A DNA stretch of 64,000 nucleotides. It comes from a virus. Lineage: Duplodnaviria; Caudoviricetes. A model generated the notes under the pieces. That model searched no databases. It was not told where the DNA came from and saw nothing but the letters and a program-made list of their open reading frames with translations. Every line of letters begins with the position of its first letter. Position 1 is the stretch's first letter. Where the stretch lies: positions 13,690 through 77,689 of IMG/VR virus record IMGVR_UViG_3300033068_000427. One strand, written 5' to 3'. Made by a program: the position numbers and the translations under genes. Shown one piece after another: positions 1 through 9,294 of this stretch.

Positions 1-17
1 ATCTTGAATTTGAGATT

Positions 18-923
18 GTGCAGTATGTAAGTTCCAGCAAGGTTCTTGTAAGATTTCTAGAATCAGGTTTTGAAAAGTGGTCTGCTATGAAGGAGATTAA
101 TAAAGGATCAATCAGGGATTGGATTTCCACACCACTGAAGGTAAAAGATGATACCCCAAAGATTAGGCGCAAAAGAAAGACGGCAGTATCTGTTGGGGAT
201 GTTTATACCAACTTCTATGGTTGCTCTTATAAGATAACAGAGCTACTTGATAATAAACTTTGTAAAATAAAGTTTACTGATGAATTCGGTTTTGAAAAAG
301 TTGTAGCTAGAGATAATGCTAGACTGGGTGTTCGTAACCCATTCAGGAGATTGGTTGCTAATATCGGCTATGTGGGCGATGGGGAATACTCTTCTAAGTC
401 TCATAGGCAATTATTTACATTATGGCATAATATGATTACTAGGTGCTACGATGAGGATTCGTTAAAAAAGAACGTCACCTACCAAGGTTGCTCTGTCGTG
501 GAAGATTGGCACTGTTTCCAAAACTTTGCAAAATGGTGTGAAACGCAAAATGAATATATCCTCAATAGTGATTGGTGCCTGGATAAAGACATCATAGAGA
601 AAGGTAATAAAGTATACTCGCCAGATAAGTGTTCGTTCGTACCTGTGTGCATAAACAATCTTTTTACACTGAGAGCTAATAAAAGAGGCGATTACCCTCT
701 AGGCGTACACAGAGAAAGAAAGTCTGGTAGATTTGTTGCTCAGGTAAACATTGAAAGTAAAAGAGTGTGCCTCGGCAGATTCGATAGTGTAGATGAAGCT
801 TTTTGCGCATATAAAATGGCTAAAGAGCGTGTAATTAGAAGTTTCGCAGAAAAGTACAAAGGTGAGATTAATAACCGCACCTATGACTCCCTTAGTAAAT
901 GGACTGTAGAGGTGACTGACTAA
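18..923 (+). CDS. HNH-family homing endonuclease with C-terminal AP2-like DNA-binding region (true start possibly ATG 87)
   Basis: Motif RCY...Y.GC.V..DWH.FQNFAKW...LDKDI...NKVYSP.KC.FVP..IN; C-terminal GVH...GRFVAQV...LGRF...EEAF is AP2-like; same family as 26260..27078. Confidence 0.8.
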   Translation: MQYVSSSKVLVRFLESGFEKWSAMKEINKGSIRDWISTPLKVKDDTPKIRRKRKTAVSVGDVYTNFYGCSYKITELLDNKLCKIKFTDEFGFEKVVARDNARLGVRNPFRRLVANIGYVGDGEYSSKSHRQLFTLWHNMITRCYDEDSLKKNVTYQGCSVVEDWHCFQNFAKWCETQNEYILNSDWCLDKDIIEKGNKVYSPDKCSFVPVCINNLFTLRANKRGDYPLGVHRERKSGRFVAQVNIESKRVCLGRFDSVDEAFCAYKMAKERVIRSFAEKYKGEINNRTYDSLSKWTVEVTD

Positions 924-1648
924 TGAGCATTGAAAAACAAAAAGTGGTTCGTAAGATTAAAAAGAAAAGTTTTGATGTTGAGCACATGAACCGCTTGAAT
1001 CAATTTGAGCTAGACCAGTGGCAAAAAGAAATGCAAAATGTAATTCGTGAAAACACAATTACTTTTGTGGATTCCTTTGCGTCTACAGGTAAAACTTTCT
1101 GTGCCCTTCACTACGCAGCACAGCAGTACCTAGCCGACCCTACCTGCACTATTACGGTAGTACGAACCCCAGTCGAGGCTGGTGATGATAAAATTGGTGC
1201 TCTGCCCGGTGATGCATCAACTTCAATGGAGGGTAAGCTTGGGGTACATTTTACTAGCACCAAAGCAATCCTTAGCGACTTGCTCGGGGCTGGGCGCGTA
1301 GCTTGTGATGAAGGCAAACGAATCTTCTTCACTATCCCGAATTTTGTACTTGGGGCTACAATTGATGGAATTCTGATCGCAGATGAAACTCAGATGTTAT
1401 CGCCTCTGACTATGAAACTTATTTTGGAACGTATTGGTGCAGGCGGTAAGTGTATCATTCTTGGTGCATCCGGGCAGCTTTATGAAGATAGTAAGAAACG
1501 CAATGGTTTGAGAGATGCCATGAAGCGTTTCTTTAACGAAGATGGTAGTAAGAAATATGAAAAAATTGGACGATACTCATTTCCTCTAGAGGCTGTAAAA
1601 CGGGATGATGTTGTTCGCGATGTAATTACCGCTTACGGTATTGGTTGA
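923..1648 (+). CDS. phoH: PhoH-like ATPase
   Basis: Walker A-like FASTGKT, R-TPVE...IGALPGD, LGATID, ILIADETQM, ILGASGQ: PhoH family pattern. Confidence 0.85.
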   Translation: MSIEKQKVVRKIKKKSFDVEHMNRLNQFELDQWQKEMQNVIRENTITFVDSFASTGKTFCALHYAAQQYLADPTCTITVVRTPVEAGDDKIGALPGDASTSMEGKLGVHFTSTKAILSDLLGAGRVACDEGKRIFFTIPNFVLGATIDGILIADETQMLSPLTMKLILERIGAGGKCIILGASGQLYEDSKKRNGLRDAMKRFFNEDGSKKYEKIGRYSFPLEAVKRDDVVRDVITAYGIG

Positions 1649-1664
1649 TTTTAAGGAGATTAAT

Positions 1665-1814
1665 ATGAAAGAACTTCTAATACAACGCCCAAGCCAAGTA
1701 ATCAGCAACACCATCCAAGGTACTGAATACAACTCGTATCTTCACGGCGACATTGTTAGCAGTGGTCTGTGCAAGGCTGCTGTAAAAGCTAAAGAAAAGG
1801 AGAAGTTTCATTGA
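1665..1814 (+). CDS. Small hypothetical protein (49 aa, MKELLIQRPSQ...), not in ORF track
   Basis: AAGGAG RBS at 1653-1658; TGA stop overlaps the TTG start of the next gene. Confidence 0.65.
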   Translation: MKELLIQRPSQVISNTIQGTEYNSYLHGDIVSSGLCKAAVKAKEKEKFH

Positions 1815-2554
1815 AAACTGAGCAAAGCATTCAGATGTTCCCGAAAGAGAATCGCATCAGCACCCACTCTCAACAAGTGAACACGCACTATATCCTTCTG
1901 GATGACGATATTGACGTACCAAGTGCATACCGGGATGAACTTCATCTAATCAACACGGCAAATGAGTCCGACACCATTGTCCTGGATATTTGTACAAGCG
2001 GCGGCGTCCTTGATACAGCTATGCTGTTCAATCGGGCACTCAACACCACCCAAGCACACACTGTTGCAATCATTGGCCCAACCTGTGCTTCTGCTGGCTC
2101 AGTAATTGCACTCTCTTGTCGTGAATGGGTTGTGGACGACAACTCCAGCCTTATGTGCCACACAAGCAGCTATGGGATTCAAGCTAAAGATACGGACATC
2201 TACGAACACGCCAACTTCTCTCGCAAACAGCTATTGAAGCTGTACAATAACGTGTACAAAGGGTTCTTGTCGGAAGAAGAAATTTCAGATGTGATTAAAG
2301 GGACTCCATTCTACTTTGATTCTGATGAGCTTTCTGAACGCCTTGATCGGCTTATGGATTACCGTATGAAGATTGAACAAGAGGAATACCCTGTTGGTGA
2401 AGACGGCTCTGAACAGCACAAAACCCTTGACCAAATGATTGAAGAAGCTGTATCTTCCTTCTACAAGAAGCTGAAGAAAGACTTTGAAATCACCCCTAAA
2501 GTAAAGGTGAAAGCAACAAAAGCAGCTAAGTCGCCATCTCCTGCTACAGCGTAA
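1811..2554 (+). CDS. ClpP-like serine protease
   Basis: ICTSGGVLD, CASAGSVIALSC (catalytic Ser) and LMCH (catalytic His) in ClpP order. Confidence 0.8.
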   Translation: MKTEQSIQMFPKENRISTHSQQVNTHYILLDDDIDVPSAYRDELHLINTANESDTIVLDICTSGGVLDTAMLFNRALNTTQAHTVAIIGPTCASAGSVIALSCREWVVDDNSSLMCHTSSYGIQAKDTDIYEHANFSRKQLLKLYNNVYKGFLSEEEISDVIKGTPFYFDSDELSERLDRLMDYRMKIEQEEYPVGEDGSEQHKTLDQMIEEAVSSFYKKLKKDFEITPKVKVKATKAAKSPSPATA

Positions 2555-2571
2555 TTCCTTCTGAAAATGTG

Positions 2572-2599
2572 TTGACCTGTAAGATAGGTGTGCTACCAT
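2572..2599 (+). promoter_or_regulatory. sigma70-like promoter with -10 flanked by an inverted repeat
   Basis: TTGACC-16 bp-TACCAT with extended TG; AGATAGGTG / CGCCTATCT arms flank the -10. Confidence 0.6.
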
Positions 2600-2631
2600 A
2601 GGCGCCTATCTGAACAACAAAGGATACAGGT

Positions 2632-2844
2632 ATGAAGTTTAATCCCAACAAAGATGGTGGACTCACTGTTGACCTTTCCGAAGAAGTGAGTGCTAAAGAT
2701 GGCAGTCCGGTTGTGTTGGACATTGATGCTGAAGATGTGGATTCATACTTCACTATCAATCCAACGTCCACATATGAGGACTTGGGTGACGTTGTAATGT
2801 CGGCAGTGAGGGAATACGTATCGGAGACTCTTGCTTATGAGTAG
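2632..2844 (+). CDS. Hypothetical acidic protein
   Basis: ORF with AGGA RBS downstream of promoter. Confidence 0.7.
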   Translation: MKFNPNKDGGLTVDLSEEVSAKDGSPVVLDIDAEDVDSYFTINPTSTYEDLGDVVMSAVREYVSETLAYE

Positions 2845-3019
2845 GCATCTTGACGATGGAGATAAGCGTAGGCTGCGAGTCTCTGTGCTTAGAGACTATC
2901 TTCGATGGGTGGATAGTGTTTGCGAAGGGTGTGAAAACAAAGTAGAATTCACACCAGAAGAAATTGTAGCAAAGGTTATTGACATCACTGTAGGTCACTT
3001 GGATAAGTTAGATGACTAA
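2831..3019 (+). CDS. Hypothetical protein
   Basis: Overlapping, translationally coupled ORF in gene-dense block. Confidence 0.6.
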   Translation: MLMSRHLDDGDKRRLRVSVLRDYLRWVDSVCEGCENKVEFTPEEIVAKVIDITVGHLDKLDD

Positions 3020-3143
3020 AGAACAACTGCAAACAATCCTCAGCACTGACCTTAAAACCACTGTTGTGTCTTTTGAAGAATACCAAGACATTGAGTTTAT
3101 TGATCCAGCACTCTATTTCGTAAAATTGGCATCAGGGTGGTGA
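3012..3143 (+). pseudogene. Truncated 43-aa paralogue of the 4312..4596 protein
   Basis: MTKEQLQTILSTDLKTTVVSFEEYQDIEFIDPALYFVKLASGW* aligns with LKTTVVDYQSYTDIGFVPPASFFV of the ORF after the HNH gene. Confidence 0.65.
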
Positions 3144-3176
3144 AAAGAATTATGAATAACAAATTGGAGGTTAATT

Positions 3177-4307
3177 GTGAAACTACCAAGACAAGTTGAA
3201 TGGATTACCATCAAAGAAAAAGCCCACACAGATGGTCATCATTTATTTTACCTATGTGAATGCGAATGCGGTAAAGAGTTTAAATCCAGATTAGATGCTA
3301 TACCAAAGATTCTGAAAGGCGGAACCAAAAACTTTAGCTGCATTGAATGCTTCTCTAGGCACGTAGATGCACCGGCTGGGGAGTGGGGCTGGGTGGATGG
3401 ATACAAAGGTAAGTATGCTGTGTATACAGATGGTAGGGTGTGGTCAGCAAGGTATAATAAATTCTTAAAGGCATCCACAAATTGCACAGATGGCTCACCG
3501 ACAGTTAAACTTGGTGGTGATGGACCTTATGTATCAGTTCATAGGCTAGTGGCTGAAAGATTTATACCTAACATAGACCCCAAAGACAAGCCGTTTGTTA
3601 AGTTCAAAGATGGTGATAAGTTTAACCCACATGTCAGTAATCTTGAGTGGACTGGTCGTGAGACTGCGAAACTTGAAGGTAGGGTATTCAACAGATTAGA
3701 GGTTCTGGAGTGGGCTAGGGCAGAGAATTCAAAGTTTTATTGGCTGTGCCGATGTGTTTGTGGTAACACTGTTAGTGTATCTACTACTGAGTTGGAGACA
3801 GGGCATACTAAAAGTTGCGGATGTCTTGCTAGAGAGATGACAGCAGAAAGAAACAGAAATAAAGACACTCATAAAATGTCAACAACACCAGAGTACAGGG
3901 TTTGGTATGGCATGAAAAATAGATGTGAAAATGAAGATGCAATTGGTTACGAGAGTTACGGTGGTAGAGGCATATCCGTAGCACCTAGGTGGTCAGCTTC
4001 CTTTGAAGAGTTTCTAAAGGATATGGGTCATAGGCCATCTGATAAGCACACTATTGAAAGGGTTGATGTGAATAAAGGATATTGTCCAGAAAACTGCATT
4101 TGGACACATGATCGAAGTCTTCAAGCATTTAACCAAAGAAAACGCAGGACGAATACTAGCGGACGAACTGGCGTATATGAGTATAAAGCTGGGAAATGGG
4201 AAGTTATGATCTGTGGCAAAAGAATCTTTAGGACAGAAGATTTTGATCTGGCTTGTTTTGTTAGGGAAGAGGCTGAATTGTCTAAGTATGGTTTCTCAAA
4301 GGAGTGA
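3177..4307 (+). CDS. Composite homing endonuclease: NUMOD4 + degenerate HNH fused to a second HNH/AP2-type endonuclease
   Basis: NUMOD4-like WVDGYKGKYAVYTDGRVWS; HNH_3-like VHRLVAERFIPN...DGDKFNPHVSNLEW; second domain W.GMKNRC...YGGRGI...TIERVDVNKGYCPENCIW. Confidence 0.8.
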   Translation: MKLPRQVEWITIKEKAHTDGHHLFYLCECECGKEFKSRLDAIPKILKGGTKNFSCIECFSRHVDAPAGEWGWVDGYKGKYAVYTDGRVWSARYNKFLKASTNCTDGSPTVKLGGDGPYVSVHRLVAERFIPNIDPKDKPFVKFKDGDKFNPHVSNLEWTGRETAKLEGRVFNRLEVLEWARAENSKFYWLCRCVCGNTVSVSTTELETGHTKSCGCLAREMTAERNRNKDTHKMSTTPEYRVWYGMKNRCENEDAIGYESYGGRGISVAPRWSASFEEFLKDMGHRPSDKHTIERVDVNKGYCPENCIWTHDRSLQAFNQRKRRTNTSGRTGVYEYKAGKWEVMICGKRIFRTEDFDLACFVREEAELSKYGFSKE

Positions 4308-4311
4308 TAAA

Positions 4312-4596
4312 TTGAAAGAACTCAAAACTACAGTGGTTGACTATCAATCCTATACTGATATTGGTTTTGTGCCACCTGCCAGCTTCTTTGTAATGGCGTT
4401 TGACCAGAATGGCAATCAAGCGTATTATTTTATCCATACAAGTAGCAGAGCAATCGCACAGCAATGGTGTGATGAGTCTTTCGGTAAAGGTAGGTACTTA
4501 GTTAAAGCTTCCAAGATCACTAAAACCAAGAGTAAGCTTGAAAGTGGTGGACTGAGCTGTCATGGGGTTTCTACAAGACGCGGGCAGAAGCGATGA
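4312..4596 (+). CDS. Conserved-looking hypothetical protein (start reassigned to TTG 4312)
   Basis: AAGGAG RBS at 4299-4304; the track start (4213) lies inside the HNH gene. Confidence 0.7.
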   Translation: MKELKTTVVDYQSYTDIGFVPPASFFVMAFDQNGNQAYYFIHTSSRAIAQQWCDESFGKGRYLVKASKITKTKSKLESGGLSCHGVSTRRGQKR

Positions 4597-4790
4597 CACG
4601 CTCTCTTATCGGCAGATTCTGTAAAGTTATTGAGGATGATTGGTGGGACTGTTTTGATACAAGTATGATCTTGGAAGTGGCGACAGAGGATGAACATTAC
4701 ATCAGCTTTGCTGGGTTTGAGGATGCCAAAGTAGCCAAAGCATTTCTTGCAGAAGATTTTGTTGAGATTATTGAATTTGAGAGGGTTTAA
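4593..4790 (+). CDS. Hypothetical protein
   Basis: ATGA-coupled ORF. Confidence 0.65.
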   Translation: MTRSLIGRFCKVIEDDWWDCFDTSMILEVATEDEHYISFAGFEDAKVAKAFLAEDFVEIIEFERV

Positions 4791-4984
4791 TGAAGATTAA
4801 AATCACAACCCTTGCCGAATACACAATGGCGTTGTGCAACGAGAATGTGAAGTTTGTTGTGTACCCAGCAATCTGCGATGTCACTTGGCAGCTTGGGAAA
4901 TATGTGCGAATATACCCTCACTGTAAAAGTACAGAAGATAAATTTTATGAAGTTTGTGGCACTGTGATTCTTAACGGAGAATAA
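4790..4984 (+). CDS. Hypothetical protein
   Basis: TAATG-coupled ORF. Confidence 0.6.
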   Translation: MKIKITTLAEYTMALCNENVKFVVYPAICDVTWQLGKYVRIYPHCKSTEDKFYEVCGTVILNGE

Positions 4985-4985
4985 A

Positions 4986-5219
4986 GTGAATTACAATCAA
5001 CGAGACACCCTAAACACAATGGTCTATCAAGATGGTATGGATGCTCTTGAAGCAATTATGCACCTACTTCCTGCTGCAACTGTAGCAATCAGCGCACAAT
5101 ACGATAAGACCGAAGAACACAGCGTGTACGCATCCAAGCTGAAAGAAGCAAAGCAACTTCTTATGGATGCTTACATTATCCGAGAAGCGATCAAAGAGTC
5201 TCAGAAAGCAATTGCTTGA
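4986..5219 (+). CDS. Hypothetical protein
   Basis: GGAG RBS, fills operon gap. Confidence 0.65.
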   Translation: MNYNQRDTLNTMVYQDGMDALEAIMHLLPAATVAISAQYDKTEEHSVYASKLKEAKQLLMDAYIIREAIKESQKAIA

Positions 5220-5228
5220 GGAAGTGAA

Positions 5229-5801
5229 GTGAAAGAGCGTTGGTTGAAAGAGTTTATCCGTACAGCGATTGCTCGCTCAAAGATGAGCAGGGATGCAAAC
5301 ACTAAGGTTGGGGCAATTCTCTTTGACGAAGAAGATTGTGTTGAAATCAGTACGGGGTACAACTGCCTTGCTCGTGGAGTGGAACACAAACCTGAGCGTA
5401 ATGAGCGTCCGCTGAAATACTTTTACACTAGCCACGCAGAACAATCTGCTGTCGCGTCTGCTGCGCGTCTAGGGCGTAGTACGAAGGGATGTAGCGCTCT
5501 GATTACAATGTTTCCTTGTCCGATCTGCGCAGCTCTTCTAATCAATGCTGGTGTTAAGAAGATTTATACGGTGGCTCCAGATTGGGATCACTACAAGTAT
5601 GGTGAAGAGTTTGTTCACAGTGAAGCCCAGTTTAAAGATGCTGGTGTGCAGATTGAATACATCAATCAGTATATGAAGCTTTCTGAGCTTGAAGTGGAGA
5701 TTGGTAAGCTCAAGAGTATGGACAACAGTGAGCTGAATAAGCTAAGCTTCGCGTGTTACGTTGAACAGAACGAACGTCTTGCAGAGGAGAAAGATCAATG
5801 A
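5229..5801 (+). CDS. dCMP deaminase
   Basis: S.D..TKVGA, TGYN, HAEQSAV and PCPIC zinc-binding deaminase motifs. Confidence 0.88.
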   Translation: MKERWLKEFIRTAIARSKMSRDANTKVGAILFDEEDCVEISTGYNCLARGVEHKPERNERPLKYFYTSHAEQSAVASAARLGRSTKGCSALITMFPCPICAALLINAGVKKIYTVAPDWDHYKYGEEFVHSEAQFKDAGVQIEYINQYMKLSELEVEIGKLKSMDNSELNKLSFACYVEQNERLAEEKDQ

Positions 5802-6244
5802 ATAACGCACAACCAATTGAAACTCCAAAATGCACATTTGATCTGCAGATGACTAGCCTCTGCAATTTTATGAAAGTGCTTGGGTACAGCATTATCCGTC
5901 AGTACAATGGTGGTGTCTTCTTTGAGAATCCAGATAATCGGCACCAACCAATTGTAAGCTTCCTCTCTGCTGTAGAGATGCACAACGGACAGATCACTAA
6001 GAGTCCTTGGTACACTGTTGGTTACAATGCCGGGGCTTCAGAGGCTTGGTGGAGCAGCCTTGCTAGCCAAGCTCGTGTAGAGGCTGATCCTATGAGTATT
6101 TTTGTTGCATACAAGAGTAAAGTAGTGGATCGAGTTAAACTTCAACTGAACAAGAAAACTGGTGTTGTAAAAGCTCAATCTAACGTGATTAAATGGGCAT
6201 CCCCTGCCGCTGAAGCCACTTTTTCCAGAGCAATTTATAGCTAG
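5798..6244 (+). CDS. Hypothetical protein
   Basis: Coupled ORF, 148 aa. Confidence 0.65.
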   Translation: MNNAQPIETPKCTFDLQMTSLCNFMKVLGYSIIRQYNGGVFFENPDNRHQPIVSFLSAVEMHNGQITKSPWYTVGYNAGASEAWWSSLASQARVEADPMSIFVAYKSKVVDRVKLQLNKKTGVVKAQSNVIKWASPAAEATFSRAIYS

Positions 6245-6256
6245 TTGGTGCGTCAT

Positions 6257-6919
6257 ATGAAGAAAGAGAAGAATCCGATAGCCGTTGGAACTAGGATAGG
6301 CAGGTTGGTGGTTATAGGTGACTCAATCCCCTCAGAAAAACCTAATCGCAGGTATCCTGTTTTATGCGATTGTGGGGTAGAAACTACAATACTCAAATAT
6401 AGTTTAACGGGGTCTAAGCCTACATTGTCGTGCGGGTGCTTACAAAGAGAGGCTATAGGTAATATTGCTAGGACGCACGGAATGAGTGACTCCAGAGAAT
6501 ATTCCGCATGGGAGAACATGCTTACACGGTGTAATAACCAAAATTCAGAGAATTATGCGGACTACGGGCAAAGAGGTATCGTTGTTTGTGAGGAGTGGAA
6601 AGACTTCAATGTATTCTTTGCAGATATGGGGAGCTGCCCTATAAATTATGAATTGGACAGAGTTAATGTAAATGGGAACTATAATAAAGAGAACTGCCGG
6701 TGGGTAAATAGTCAACTACAGAGTTGGAATAAAAGGCTTTATAAGAATAATAAAAGCGGTAAGAGTGGTGTGACATGGAACAATAAACTGACCGCATGGG
6801 AGTGCCGCATATCTAAAGGTGGGCGTGTATATTATCTGGGCAGGTTTTATAGCCTAGACTTAGCGATTAAACGAAGGGAAGAGGCAGAAGTAGAACTTTA
6901 CGGTAGTATTAAAAACTGA
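6257..6919 (+). CDS. HNH homing endonuclease with AP2-like C-terminus
   Basis: CDCG...SCGC, W.NM..RC.N, YGQRGI, LDRVNVNGNY.KENCRW; homologous to the C-terminal half of 3177..4307. Confidence 0.85.
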   Translation: MKKEKNPIAVGTRIGRLVVIGDSIPSEKPNRRYPVLCDCGVETTILKYSLTGSKPTLSCGCLQREAIGNIARTHGMSDSREYSAWENMLTRCNNQNSENYADYGQRGIVVCEEWKDFNVFFADMGSCPINYELDRVNVNGNYNKENCRWVNSQLQSWNKRLYKNNKSGKSGVTWNNKLTAWECRISKGGRVYYLGRFYSLDLAIKRREEAEVELYGSIKN

Positions 6920-6939
6920 CCAGATAAAGGAGATTTATA

Positions 6940-8028
6940 GTGAATAAGCGTACTCTATTTGGACTTGACAAGAAAGGAGGATTTAAACAGTGGTCAGTTT
7001 GGACTGAAGGGAACACTCTATTCGTAGAGCACGGAAAATTAGGCGGAAAGCTTCAGTTAAAAACAGAGGTTATTGAAGGAAAGAACAAATGTCGTTCAAA
7101 CGAGACTTCTGGCGAACAGCAGGCTTTCTTGGAAGCACAGAGTCGTCTGAGTAAGCAGCTTGATAAAGGGTATAGAGAAAATAAGGAAGACCTCACAGAG
7201 CTACCCCTTCTTCCAATGTTGTGCAGTGATTACCTGAAACAAGGCCATAAGATTAAGTACCCTTGTTATGGCTCACCTAAGTTAGATGGTTGCCGCTGTC
7301 TTGCAATTAGGCACAAAGGCCGTATTGAACTGAAGAGTCGTGGTGGGAAAGAATACTCCATTCCTCACATTCAACAACAACTTATGTCTGTGATGGAAGT
7401 TGGTGACATTTGGGACGGGGAGCTTTACATCCACGGGAAGTATCTTGAAGAAATTATGTCTGCTGTAAAGAAAGCTAACGAAGATACACCAAAACTTCAG
7501 TATGTGATCTTTGATATTGTTAATGATGAACCTTACTCAGATCGTGCCATTGAGTTGATGAGAATTCGTCGTCACGTACTTGATTTCAAAGGCGATGTTA
7601 GTGTACTTCAGTTTGCAGAGATTTATGATGAAGATCATATGAAAGAAGTACACAAGCTTTACGTTGAATATGGTTATGAGGGTATTTGCCTTCGCAATTA
7701 TGACGGCAAATATGAAGCTGGTAAACGAAGCACATCACTTCAAAAGTATAAAGAATTTATGGATGTAGAATGCAAGATTATTGGTGTAAACGAAGATCGT
7801 AATGGAAACGCAGTATTCACTGTCTATGATAAAGTAGCAGATGCACAGTTCACTGTAACTTATGGTGATTTTGAACAACGCAAGTACCAGCTTGCACACC
7901 CTGAAGATTTTATTGGTAAATGGTTGACGGTTAAGTTTCAAACCCGTTATAAGGACAGTAAACTGCCCCAGTTTCCGTGTGGCCTTGCTATCAGAGATTG
8001 TGATGAAGAAGGAAATCCTTTGACCTAA
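6940..8028 (+). CDS. ATP-dependent DNA ligase with N-terminal WGR-like domain
   Basis: Adenylation motif PKLDG, DGELY, YVIFD, EGICLR, LQKYK; OB-fold C-terminus. Confidence 0.92.
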   Translation: MNKRTLFGLDKKGGFKQWSVWTEGNTLFVEHGKLGGKLQLKTEVIEGKNKCRSNETSGEQQAFLEAQSRLSKQLDKGYRENKEDLTELPLLPMLCSDYLKQGHKIKYPCYGSPKLDGCRCLAIRHKGRIELKSRGGKEYSIPHIQQQLMSVMEVGDIWDGELYIHGKYLEEIMSAVKKANEDTPKLQYVIFDIVNDEPYSDRAIELMRIRRHVLDFKGDVSVLQFAEIYDEDHMKEVHKLYVEYGYEGICLRNYDGKYEAGKRSTSLQKYKEFMDVECKIIGVNEDRNGNAVFTVYDKVADAQFTVTYGDFEQRKYQLAHPEDFIGKWLTVKFQTRYKDSKLPQFPCGLAIRDCDEEGNPLT

Positions 8029-8031
8029 AAC

Positions 8032-8060
8032 TTGACTCATCAACAACCCCTTGTTATCAT
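8032..8060 (+). promoter_or_regulatory. Strong sigma70-like promoter
   Basis: TTGACT-17 bp-TATCAT with extended TG. Confidence 0.75.
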
Positions 8061-8093
8061 AGCCCTCACCTAACCAGTGAGGGCTTTTATTTT
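8061..8093 (+). terminator. Rho-independent terminator overlapping the promoter start site
   Basis: AGCCCTCAC-CTAACCA-GTGAGGGCT followed by TTTATTTT. Confidence 0.75.
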
Positions 8094-8655
8094 GCCTATC
8101 AAAAATACAACAACACTCCTCCTTGGTCTTGTCATCGGAGCCATCTCTGCTGATACACTACTATCCCCAAGCGGGGTTACAGTTACAGCAGCACCAAGAC
8201 AATACACACAACCCACTACAGAACACGATAGTATCGTTCCAGTCGAGGAACGCATAGCTTCATGTAAACGATGGTACAGTTGTAAACAACTCGCTCACGC
8301 TATCGTATACGAAGCTAGAGGAGAATCCCTTCTAGGACAGGCTGCTGTTGCACACGTCATCCTCAACAGGTCACAACACCCTGACTTCCCAGACAGCATC
8401 CCGTCTGTAATCAAACAACCCAAGCAATTCTCTTTCTATGGGTATGAGTGGAAGCAGAAAGCACCACGGAAACAAGATTTGGACAATGCCTACTCAATTT
8501 CATATGATGTATTGACAGGGACAATTGAAGACGTTACCCGTGGCAGCACATTCTACGCAACTGTAGGGACAAGTCCCAAGAGACTTGGAGATGTAGAATA
8601 CGTTATGACGATTGACAAACACAAATTCTATACAGCGAGAAATTCAAATGACTGA
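8077..8655 (+). CDS. Cell wall hydrolase, SleB/Hydrolase_2 family, with N-terminal hydrophobic segment
   Basis: LAHAIVYEARGES..GQ.AVAHVILNR...FPDSI..VIKQP.QFS signature. Confidence 0.85.
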   Translation: MRAFILPIKNTTTLLLGLVIGAISADTLLSPSGVTVTAAPRQYTQPTTEHDSIVPVEERIASCKRWYSCKQLAHAIVYEARGESLLGQAAVAHVILNRSQHPDFPDSIPSVIKQPKQFSFYGYEWKQKAPRKQDLDNAYSISYDVLTGTIEDVTRGSTFYATVGTSPKRLGDVEYVMTIDKHKFYTARNSND

Positions 8656-9025
8656 CGATATTGTCAAAATTGGTAGTAAGTGTTACATCGTCTTTGCTAA
8701 CGGTGGTCAATGGGAAGATTCTTGGAGCAACCCAATAAAAGCTTTCAGAACAGAGGAAGAAGCTGCTAGGTATAAGGCGTTTCTTGAGAAGAACACCCCT
8801 GAATACTCTGAGCATCTACATAAGTTAATGTGCCGCCTAGAGGATATTTCTTACAGAGCTGCAATAAAATTTGCAGATGAAAGTAGTGAAGATTTTTATC
8901 AAATATACAACACAATCTATGAGTCTTTGAGGCAAAAGGCGGAATTAAAATATGCTGGGTGCACAGCGTGGAAGGATGAGTGTGATTGCTTTTACACGAT
9001 CAGTGCTGTAGATATGGGTGACTAA
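8648..9025 (+). CDS. Hypothetical protein
   Basis: ATG overlapping upstream stop. Confidence 0.65.
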   Translation: MTDDIVKIGSKCYIVFANGGQWEDSWSNPIKAFRTEEEAARYKAFLEKNTPEYSEHLHKLMCRLEDISYRAAIKFADESSEDFYQIYNTIYESLRQKAELKYAGCTAWKDECDCFYTISAVDMGD

Positions 9026-9294
9026 TGAGCTTGGTAACTGAGAGGGATAGTTGGAGGAAGTCTATCAGAGACTGCGGGATAGATGGTCTGTCTAGAGTGA
9101 TGCGAGACTATAGGTTAAAACGTAACAGCGAAAATTGGAGAATTTCTTCGGCAGTTGAGATATTGTGTGAACACATCTTGATCTTGGAGGAAGAAAACGA
9201 ACGGTTGCAGAAAGAGCTGTCACTTCTTCTGCTTAGCCAAATCACAGAAAACGATCAGAAACTAGGACTCTACGAAGGGACACTTCACGAATGA
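9025..9294 (+). CDS. Hypothetical protein
   Basis: TAATG-coupled ORF. Confidence 0.6.
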   Translation: MSLVTERDSWRKSIRDCGIDGLSRVMRDYRLKRNSENWRISSAVEILCEHILILEEENERLQKELSLLLLSQITENDQKLGLYEGTLHE

